64,000 bases of DNA, taken from Candidatus Bathyarchaeum tardum (GTDB lineage Archaea; Thermoproteota; Bathyarchaeia; Bathyarchaeales; Bathyarchaeaceae). Every line of letters begins with the position of its first letter. Position 1 is the first letter of the stretch. The position numbers were made by a program, and so were the translations under genes. The stretch lies in contig CP122380.1 of NCBI GenBank assembly GCA_024650005.2, positions 1,792,001-1,856,000 of the forward strand, read 5' to 3'. This document shows positions 40,777 to 48,565 of this stretch, one piece after another. Below the pieces are notes generated by a model. That model did not search any database. It worked only from the letters and a program-made list of their open reading frames with translations, and was not told where the DNA came from.

Positions 40777-42014
40777 TTGAAGAAATTTGCATAAAAGCAA
40801 AAGCTGCTTCTAAACAGTTAGCCCAACTTTCAGATGAACAAAAAAATAGGGCACTATGTTTAATGGCAGATTCCCTTGAAGAGAATTGTACAAAAATTTT
40901 AGAAGCCAACCAAACAGACGTGGAAGAAGCCCGAACCAAAGGTGTAAAAGAAGCCTTAATTGATCGCCTAGTTTTAGGCAAAAAACGTGTAGATGCAATG
41001 GCTAATGACCTAAGGGGACTAACAAAACTTGTTGATCCCGTGAACGAAATTGTGAAAACATTGACCCGCCCCAACGGGTTAATTATTGGACAAATCCGTG
41101 TGCCCCTTGGAGTAATTGGGATTATTTACGAATCCAGACCTAACGTAACCTCGGAAGCTTCTGGACTGTGCATTAAAGCAGGAAACGCTATAATCCTCAG
41201 AGGGGGTTCAGACGCCATAAGATCAAACACAGCGATAGGAAACGCCTTACGAGATGCGCTAAAAAAGGCAGAAGTTAACGAAGATGCCATACAAGTTGTG
41301 CCAGTAACAGATAGAATTGTTGCAGAAAAAATGATGACCATGCGCCAATACATCGACGTACTGATTCCCCGTGGTGGAGCAGGCCTCATTAAAACAGTAG
41401 TGGAAAAATCCACTGTTCCTGTAATCGAAACAGGAACAGGAAACTGCCACATATACGTGGAACCTGACGCAGACCTAACACGAGCTATTGAAATTGTAAT
41501 AAACGCCAAATGTCAAAGACCAGGAGTATGCAATGCTGCAGAAAAACTTGTAATTCACAAGGATGTTGACAAACAGTTCTTGTTTGATGTCGTTTCAGCC
41601 CTTAACCTTAATGGGGTTGAAGTTAGGGCATGTGAAAAAACCATGAAGATTATGCCTAACCTTAAGCCTGCAACTGAAGAAGACTGGTACACAGAATTCC
41701 TTGACCTTATCATCGCCATAAAAATAGTTGAAAATACAGATGAAGCAATTGCCCACATCAATAAATATGGCACCAAACACTCGGACTCCATTCTCACAGC
41801 CGACTTTAACAAGGCACTAAAGTTCATCCGGGAGGTAGACTCAGCAGCAGTATACTGGAACTCGTCAACAAGATTCACAGACGGCAACCAGTTCGGAATG
41901 GGCGCAGAAATCGGAATCAGCACCCAAAAACTCCACGCCCGAGGACCCATGAGCATCCACCAGCTAACAACAACAAAATTCTTCATACTGGGCAGGGGAC
42001 ACATTAGATCCTAA
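40773..42014 (+). CDS. proA: Gamma-glutamyl phosphate reductase
   Basis: VPLGVIGIIYESRPNVT, PRGG, GNCH, VCNA, STRFTDG, GAEIGISTQKLHARGP. Confidence 0.96.
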   Translation: MIEEICIKAKAASKQLAQLSDEQKNRALCLMADSLEENCTKILEANQTDVEEARTKGVKEALIDRLVLGKKRVDAMANDLRGLTKLVDPVNEIVKTLTRPNGLIIGQIRVPLGVIGIIYESRPNVTSEASGLCIKAGNAIILRGGSDAIRSNTAIGNALRDALKKAEVNEDAIQVVPVTDRIVAEKMMTMRQYIDVLIPRGGAGLIKTVVEKSTVPVIETGTGNCHIYVEPDADLTRAIEIVINAKCQRPGVCNAAEKLVIHKDVDKQFLFDVVSALNLNGVEVRACEKTMKIMPNLKPATEEDWYTEFLDLIIAIKIVENTDEAIAHINKYGTKHSDSILTADFNKALKFIREVDSAAVYWNSSTRFTDGNQFGMGAEIGISTQKLHARGPMSIHQLTTTKFFILGRGHIRS

Positions 42015-42247
42015 CCAGTTTTAAATTTTTTCTAGTCTTCCCTTAAGTGTCTAATTCTTCAGAGGCGCAAACATATCAGCATAACAGTATAGGTAAAGTT
42101 GGAAACAATTTTTCAGAAGTTTTCTTCCGTTAATTTTGTTATTCTGCTTTGTTAAGTTCCATAGTAACCATTGAAATGGTTTTGTATAGTTTTTATATTC
42201 TGGTGTGTTTTTGGGTAAGAGTTGTAATTTCCTTGAAGGTGTGTTTA

Positions 42248-42829
42248 ATGAATGTAAAATGTTTCAAAGTTGGCTATTTGTCCACTAACTGTTACGTCGT
42301 AAGCTGCGAAGAAACAAAACAAGCAGCAATTATAGATCCTGGACTAGAAATTCAAGCAGAAGCTGAACCCATTCTGGATTACGTCAAGCAAAACGATTTG
42401 ATAGTAAAATACATAATCAACACTCACGGTCACCCTGACCATATATCTGGAAACATGACAATGAAAAAAGCTACAGGTGCCAGTATCCTGATTCATGAAA
42501 ACCATTCAGGACGTGCCAACCCTGACCAAAAACTCAGTGACGGCGATGTAATTAACATTGGCAACTTCAAACTGGTTGTTTTACACACACCTGGGCACAC
42601 AAAAAGCGGCATATCTTTGCTGGGTGACGGCGTTGTTTTCACAGGGGACACCTTGTTTGCAGGCTCTATTGGCAGAACAGACTTTCCCGGGGGATCCTTC
42701 AAAGAATTGATTAATTCAATTAAAACCAAACTTATGCCATTGCCTGACAACTTTGCTGTTTATCCTGGGCATGAAGGTTTTTCTACCATTGGTGACGAAA
42801 AAAAATACAACCCATATCTACAAAGCTAA
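42248..42829 (+). CDS. MBL-fold metallo-hydrolase (glyoxalase II-like)
   Basis: THGHPDH, HTPGHT, TGDTLF, GRTD, YPGH. Confidence 0.9.
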   Translation: MNVKCFKVGYLSTNCYVVSCEETKQAAIIDPGLEIQAEAEPILDYVKQNDLIVKYIINTHGHPDHISGNMTMKKATGASILIHENHSGRANPDQKLSDGDVINIGNFKLVVLHTPGHTKSGISLLGDGVVFTGDTLFAGSIGRTDFPGGSFKELINSIKTKLMPLPDNFAVYPGHEGFSTIGDEKKYNPYLQS

Positions 42830-42855
42830 TTGTAATGTTTGAGGATTAAGTCACC

Positions 42856-43746
42856 ATGGAAATTAAGCTGAACCGGTCAAAAGTTCCCTTCAGCTTAGAG
42901 CATACTCTGAATTGTGGACAACTTTTCAGATGGAAAAAACACGACGACTGGTGGTACGGCATAGTAGCAGATCAGGTAATCAAAATAAAACAAACCAACG
43001 GGACCTTAACGTTCCAGTTTTTTCCTGAAACAAAAAACGACGGCTTTCTCGAAAACTACCTGCGACTAGACGACAACCTTCCACAAATCATCTCGCAAGT
43101 GTCCAAAGACGACCACATCAAACAAGCGGTCACCAAATTTTATGGACTGCGACTAATCCGACAAGAACCCTGGGAGTGTCTTGCATCATACATTTGTGCA
43201 ACCTTCAAGGGGATTCCTGCAATCAAAAAAATGATCAGCAACATCTCAAAATGTTTCGGAAACAAAATAACCTTTGACGGCTGCGACTTTTACACTTTCC
43301 CAAAACCTGAACAATTAGCTCAAGCATGCACTAAAGACATGCGAAATTGTGGACTGGGCTTCAGAGCTGAACGCATCCTAGAAACCGCGAAACAAATCAA
43401 CAATGGGGAACTAGACTTTGAAAAACTCAAAAAGTTAGAGTATTCCCAAGCAAAACAAGAACTGTTACAATTGCCTGGTGTCGGTCACAAGGTAGCAGAC
43501 TGTGTTTTGTTATTTTCGTTAGAAAAACTTGAAGCCTTTCCTATAGATGTCTGGATGAAAAGAGCAGCCACAAGATTATATTCTGAACATTTTAACTCTG
43601 ATTTCATAAACAAAGTAGCAAGTAAAGGCTCAATTACCCCCAAAGAATATGAAACGATTGGCAATTTTGGCCGTGAATACTTTGGAAACTATGTTGGTTA
43701 TGCTCAGGAATACCTTTTCCATTACCTACGAACCCAACAACATTAA
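42856..43746 (+). CDS. 8-oxoguanine DNA glycosylase (OGG1-type)
   Basis: TLNCGQLFRW, GLRLIRQEPWE, GLGFRA, HhH LPGVGHKVADC, FPIDVW, GYAQEYLF. Confidence 0.9.
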   Translation: MEIKLNRSKVPFSLEHTLNCGQLFRWKKHDDWWYGIVADQVIKIKQTNGTLTFQFFPETKNDGFLENYLRLDDNLPQIISQVSKDDHIKQAVTKFYGLRLIRQEPWECLASYICATFKGIPAIKKMISNISKCFGNKITFDGCDFYTFPKPEQLAQACTKDMRNCGLGFRAERILETAKQINNGELDFEKLKKLEYSQAKQELLQLPGVGHKVADCVLLFSLEKLEAFPIDVWMKRAATRLYSEHFNSDFINKVASKGSITPKEYETIGNFGREYFGNYVGYAQEYLFHYLRTQQH

Positions 43747-43751
43747 CTAAG

Positions 43752-45245
43752 TTATCCTTTGACAACGCCCAAGGGAACTAACCGAGCAACACGGGTAGCA
43801 ATTCCAACATTATGGCTGACCTCTACGACTTTATCCACATTCTTGTATGCCATGTCGGCTTCTTCCGCCAAAACAGCAGGACTGGCAGACCTAACAACGA
43901 TTCCTTTGCCTCCTAAATCTTGCCTTATGTCTCCGCCCCAAAATCTTCGTTTCGCGGCTGAGCGGCTCATCATCCGTCCAGCACCGTGTGCTGTAGAGCC
44001 AAAGGAAAGTTCCATTGCCTTTTGTGTTCCTACCAGCAACCAAGAACTGGTTCCCATACTTCCGGGAATAATAACAGGTTGACCAATTTGCTGATAATCT
44101 GCTGGAACATCTTTGTGCTCAGGAGGGAAACAACGGGTTGCACCTTTTCGGTGAGTCCAAACTTTGGTTCGTTTACCCTCTATATTGTGTTCTTCAATTT
44201 TTGCAATGTTATGAGCAACATCATAAACCAAATCGAGACCTAACTGGTCTGCTGACCGTTTAAGAACATCTTCAAAGCTTTGGCGCACCCAATGCGTAAT
44301 AACCTGACGGTTAACAAAGGCGTAATTAACTGCACAAGCCATTGCCTTGTAATAATCTTGAGCTTCCTCACTTGTTCCGGGGGCACAAGCCAGTTCCCGG
44401 TCAGGCAGGGAAATCTTGTATTTTTCAACAGCGCGCTCCATAACCCGCAAATAATCTGAACAAGTCTGATGTCCCAATCCACGAGAACCACAATGAATTA
44501 AAACAGTAACCTGACCTTCATGGGTCACCCCACAGGTTTTAGCTGCTTTTTTGTCGTAAATCTTATCAACTTTTCCAACCTCCAAAAAGTGATTACCTGA
44601 ACCCAAGGTACCACTCTGAGGAAGTCCCCTTTGTTTAGCCTTTGCTGAAACTTTGTCTGGATCTGCACCCTCCATGCATCCTTTTTCTTCACAGTGTTCA
44701 ATATCTTCGGGTCGTCCTAGTCCCTTTTCTACGGCCCATGAGACGCCCTCTGTTATCAGGTGTTCCAGTTCGTGCATGTTCAGTTTGTAATCTTTTCTAT
44801 TACTGCCCAAACCACTTGGGACATTTTTGAATATTGCATTTGTTAAATTGCCTAGAAATGGTCTGATTTCATTTTCAGAAATGTTTGTGGTTAACAAGCG
44901 AACCCCACAGTTGATGTCATAACCGACGCCTCCAGGACTTATGACGCCTTCTTCATAGTCTGTGGCAGCAACACCACCTATGGGAAAACCGTATCCTTCA
45001 TGACCATCAGGCAAAGTGATTGCATGAGAATAAATTCCTGGAAGATGAGCAACATTTGAACATTGATTTAATGTTCGATCCTGTTTCATTTTTTCAATAA
45101 GTTGGTCGTCAGCATAGACTATTCCTGGAACACGCATACCTTGATTGAAGCTTTGGGGTATTCTCCATGTGTATTCATCAACTTTTTCGATTGGAACAGG
45201 TACTGGTTGTTCTCGGAATCCTCTGTGCGTGTTCAATAAAATCAC
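43752..45245 (-). CDS. rtcB: RNA-splicing ligase RtcB
   Basis: PDGHEGYGFPIGG, GYDINCG, GSGNHF, HCGSRG, HNIAK, HRKGAT, PGSMG, HGAGR, AYK. Confidence 0.96.
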   Translation of the reverse strand: MILLNTHRGFREQPVPVPIEKVDEYTWRIPQSFNQGMRVPGIVYADDQLIEKMKQDRTLNQCSNVAHLPGIYSHAITLPDGHEGYGFPIGGVAATDYEEGVISPGGVGYDINCGVRLLTTNISENEIRPFLGNLTNAIFKNVPSGLGSNRKDYKLNMHELEHLITEGVSWAVEKGLGRPEDIEHCEEKGCMEGADPDKVSAKAKQRGLPQSGTLGSGNHFLEVGKVDKIYDKKAAKTCGVTHEGQVTVLIHCGSRGLGHQTCSDYLRVMERAVEKYKISLPDRELACAPGTSEEAQDYYKAMACAVNYAFVNRQVITHWVRQSFEDVLKRSADQLGLDLVYDVAHNIAKIEEHNIEGKRTKVWTHRKGATRCFPPEHKDVPADYQQIGQPVIIPGSMGTSSWLLVGTQKAMELSFGSTAHGAGRMMSRSAAKRRFWGGDIRQDLGGKGIVVRSASPAVLAEEADMAYKNVDKVVEVSHNVGIATRVARLVPLGVVKG

Positions 45246-45404
45246 CTTTAGAATGACTAAAACAGTAGGAAACTTATAAACTCTAAGTGAATACTCATCA
45301 AAAACATAAAATTAAAAATTTTTTTGATTAACCCACATTTACATGCGTTACCACAATCTTTAAGAACTGCTCTAAGTGACCATGTATTTCGGATGTAGAA
45401 TTAA

Positions 45405-45956
45405 ATGTCAGTTGAAGAACCATCCGAAAGTGAAGAGATAGTAAAAGTTGAAACGTTGACCCCACAATCTAGAGGTGTCAACACAATTGTGAAAGTAGTT
45501 TCTAAAGGAGAAGTCAGAAGCGTTACTGGACGCGATTATTCGGTACGCCGAGTTGCAGATGCTCTAGTTGGCGATGAGACAGGATGTATATACATGACCC
45601 TTTGGGATGACAAAATAGACGCAATAAATGAAGAAGCCACGCTAAGCATCACTAACGGTTACATTAACCTATTCAGAGGTAACATGCGACTAAACATCGG
45701 AAAATACGGCAGCTACGAACTAGTAGAAGACTCCCCAATCGAAGAAGTAAACACAGAAAACAACGTGTCCGACAAAAAATACGAACAACCACGACGATTC
45801 AACAGAGGCGGCGGCTACAATAGAGGTGGCGGCAGAGGCGGCTATGGCGGCGGACGTGGTGGCGGAGGCTACAGCGGTGGTGGACGCAGCGGCGGTGGCG
45901 GTGGCTACGGCGGCGGTGGACGCAGCGAAGGCGGATACCAACGAAGAAGGTACTAA
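45405..45956 (+). CDS. ssb: Single-OB-fold single-stranded nucleic acid binding protein (crenarchaeal SSB-like) with RGG/YGG tail
   Basis: VADALVGDETG..TLWD..NGY..FRG..LNIGKYG OB fold; Gly/Arg/Tyr low-complexity C-terminus. Confidence 0.85.
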   Translation: MSVEEPSESEEIVKVETLTPQSRGVNTIVKVVSKGEVRSVTGRDYSVRRVADALVGDETGCIYMTLWDDKIDAINEEATLSITNGYINLFRGNMRLNIGKYGSYELVEDSPIEEVNTENNVSDKKYEQPRRFNRGGGYNRGGGRGGYGGGRGGGGYSGGGRSGGGGGYGGGGRSEGGYQRRRY

Positions 45957-45983
45957 TCCTTTCTTCTTTTTATTTTCTTTTTT
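45957..45983 (+). terminator. Oligo-T archaeal terminator after ssb
   Basis: Pyrimidine-rich tract with several T-runs immediately after the stop codon. Confidence 0.5.
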
Positions 45984-46049
45984 ATCTCAACTTATTTAAA
46001 TTCAATCTTATTTTTTTTCCAAACATTACGTTATTGTAATGCTATCAAA

Positions 46050-46229
46050 AAATGATTAAAGTAATAATACGATGGATTTCGGTCTGAACGGGTTACCGTC
46101 CATCTGTATTGTTTTTGGCAATTTGGGTTTCTTGCGGTTTCCCCGTTTACAACATATCTACGGAGTCAAATATGTTGTAAACACGGTCCTCGCCAGACTC
46201 GAAATCCAACGCAGGCCTTCCCTCTCCAT
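46050..46229 (-). ncRNA. Candidate structured non-coding RNA, family unknown
   Basis: Closing stem 46070-46086/46194-46211, perfect 13-bp hairpin 46145-46157/46170-46182, small hairpin 46086-46101. TATA-like CTTATAAA at 46258-46251 and T-run near 46050 on the minus strand; wobble pairs favour minus. Confidence 0.5.
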
Positions 46230-46334
46230 ACAAAGAAAAGGGTTATGTATTTTATAAGAAGAGTTGCGACAGATGGAACGTTCCGATTTCGGAATATTAT
46301 TGTTTAAAGACACATTTTCCAGTTGTTTCTGAAG

Positions 46335-47360
46335 TTAGTCTTTTGCGTTTTTGGTTCCTTTAATAATCTGATACAGTTGCCCCGAACAAAAAGTGATTGT
46401 TCTAAACATATCAATGAAAGGATATGAAATAATTCTTGCAAATTTTTTGTTTTTGATTGAGCGAAAAGCATAAACTGAGCCTACAATAATCAGGGGTAAC
46501 CCTGTGAAACCAAATAATATCCAGAAAAAGAGGCTAGAACTAGATGTTAGAGTTAGAAAGGTGAATGTTCCTACTATACCTAACCATGCAATAAACCCAA
46601 TTATGGCTAAAAATGTCCATTTAGAAACGGAGTCTTTCATGAGGTTCTTTTTGAAAACTAATCCACTTCCTTTGCCGTACTGAAAGTTTTGTTTCAAAAA
46701 TTCTCCAAAAGTTGAACGATGTTTGTGCCAAACTGAAACGTCAGGATCTAAAACCATTTTGTATCCTGCTCGGCAGATTCTGTCTGCAAATTCAACCTCG
46801 TCAAAGCCGTACTGGATTTGTTCGTCAAAAAATCCGACTTTTTCAACTGCTTTTCTTCGGAACGCCATGTTGCATCCTGCGGGGTGACCAAAGAAGGGTT
46901 TAACTTGTTTGAACTCTTCCCGTTTGGTGAAAACGGGCATTAATCTTACAATGCTGTTGTCTGCGTACTGTGAAACAAAATCGTTATCTAGAGCTATCGC
47001 GCTTCCACCTACGCAACTAACTTGTGGGTCTTTGAAATTTTCAACAATTTTTGTTACCCAATTAGGTGGAACGATACAATCAGAATCGGTAAAGGCTATT
47101 ATTTCGCCGTTGCTGTTTTTAATTCCTATGTTTCTTGCGAGATTGATTCCTTGTTTATTTTCGACAACTAACTTGACGGGATATTTTTTGACTATTTCTC
47201 GGGTTTTGTCTTTAGAGTTCCCATCAACCACTACTACGTCTACTTTTGATGGGTCATAATCGAGTTTTTGAAGCGATTCTAACAACGGCTGGATTGTTTG
47301 AGCTCCATTTCGTACAGGCACAATGACTGTGACTGAAGGGTTTCCATTAGGGTCTTCCAT
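46335..47360 (-). CDS. Glycosyltransferase family 2 with C-terminal TMs
   Basis: VIVPVRN, VDGNSKD, FTDSDC, GCNMAFRR, FDEVEF. Confidence 0.9.
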   Translation of the reverse strand: MEDPNGNPSVTVIVPVRNGAQTIQPLLESLQKLDYDPSKVDVVVVDGNSKDKTREIVKKYPVKLVVENKQGINLARNIGIKNSNGEIIAFTDSDCIVPPNWVTKIVENFKDPQVSCVGGSAIALDNDFVSQYADNSIVRLMPVFTKREEFKQVKPFFGHPAGCNMAFRRKAVEKVGFFDEQIQYGFDEVEFADRICRAGYKMVLDPDVSVWHKHRSTFGEFLKQNFQYGKGSGLVFKKNLMKDSVSKWTFLAIIGFIAWLGIVGTFTFLTLTSSSSLFFWILFGFTGLPLIIVGSVYAFRSIKNKKFARIISYPFIDMFRTITFCSGQLYQIIKGTKNAKD

Positions 47361-47492
47361 CAGAATCGCCTCGGTTTACTTCCGTAGATTCTCCTAAAAA
47401 CCATTTATTTCTTGTGCAAAAAACACTTTAAGTCAACTCACCATTTTTATGAATCACGAAAACATGCAAAGTCAACTCAACCTTGATTTCTG

Positions 47493-48530
47493 ATGGTGAT
47501 GATTGTGTTTCAAGCAAGTAAAAGATTCCCTTCTGTTTCAGTTGTTATTGTTAACTTCAACGGAAAACATCTACTAAAAGCTTGTTTGAACACACTTTTG
47601 AAAACTAAGTATCCCAACTACGATATAGTGATTGTTGACAACGCATCAACAGACAGAAGCCTAGAAACAATAAAACCTGTTATTAGTTCTGATTCTCGTG
47701 TGAAAATTGTTGAAAACACAAAGAACGTGGGGCATTCTGAAGGTTGCAACATTGGAGCCCAAACAAGTAATGGACATTACATCGTTTTTGTAGATAGCGA
47801 CATAGAATTCGGTTCAAAAAATTGGCTATGGGAACTTGTTAACGTAATGGAAAACGATAAATCAGTAGGATTGGCACAAGCAAAAATTGTATTATCTGAA
47901 AACCAAAACCGTCTGGAATATTTTTGTGAAAATGTTGATGCCTTAGGAACTTGGTCTGCAAATTATGGTTCCAAAGCCCAAGAGATTAATAGCAATTTTG
48001 AACTGTTAGCTGCATCTGCAGGCTGTTGCATTATTAGGCGAAATGTTTTCAACCAAATCGGTGGATTTGACAAAGACTATTTCATCTATGATGACGACAC
48101 CGACCTGTCTTTTCGGGCAAGATTGCTTGGTTATTCAGTATTATTTGTTTCATCTTCAGTGGTGATTCATCGAAGCAGTGTTCTTCGGGGGGTAAGTGGG
48201 ACCATGCTTTACCATTCTTCCAAGAATCGAATGCACACCGCAATAAAAAATTATGAATTCAAAAACGTTTGTTGGAGGTTTCCTCTTCTGGGTTTTTTCA
48301 CCCTTGTTGTTTCTGCAGGATTTTTTATTACCAAAAATCATGATGCTGCTAAAGCAAGCCTAAGAGGATTAATGAATACAATTACAGATTTTAAGAAAAT
48401 ATGGACTAAACGACTTAATTTTCAGCCAAAAAGAAATGTTAAAGATTTTGAGCTTGTAAAAAAAGGCTTTGTCAGAAATGATTTTCGGTCAACAATTGAA
48501 GACTTGAAAATAAAATTAAAACACATGTGA
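47493..48530 (+). CDS. Glycosyltransferase family 2 (rhamnosyltransferase-like)
   Basis: VVIVNFNG, VDNASTD, FVDSD, GGFDKDYFIYDDDTDL. Confidence 0.9.
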   Translation: MVMIVFQASKRFPSVSVVIVNFNGKHLLKACLNTLLKTKYPNYDIVIVDNASTDRSLETIKPVISSDSRVKIVENTKNVGHSEGCNIGAQTSNGHYIVFVDSDIEFGSKNWLWELVNVMENDKSVGLAQAKIVLSENQNRLEYFCENVDALGTWSANYGSKAQEINSNFELLAASAGCCIIRRNVFNQIGGFDKDYFIYDDDTDLSFRARLLGYSVLFVSSSVVIHRSSVLRGVSGTMLYHSSKNRMHTAIKNYEFKNVCWRFPLLGFFTLVVSAGFFITKNHDAAKASLRGLMNTITDFKKIWTKRLNFQPKRNVKDFELVKKGFVRNDFRSTIEDLKIKLKHM

Positions 48531-48565
48531 TAACACAATCAGTAACTGATTTGATCATCAACAGA

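Noticed and set aside
45800-45945. GGCGGC/GGCTAC repeats as a DNA repeat array or CRISPR
   Set aside because: They are codons of the Gly-rich SSB tail; no spacer periodicity. No CRISPR array was seen anywhere in the window.
46135-46200. HDV-like (TCCTCGC on plus) or hammerhead-like (CTGGCGA...GAAAC on minus) ribozyme; RNase P RNA
   Set aside because: The P1/P3/P1.1 pairings for HDV and the stem II/III closure with NUH for hammerhead cannot be built; the RNase P CR-I/CR-V P4 pairing is absent.
46072-46257. 61-aa plus-strand ORF over the structured element
   Set aside because: No RBS or recognisable motif; the strong base-pairing and the minus-strand promoter explain the sequence better.
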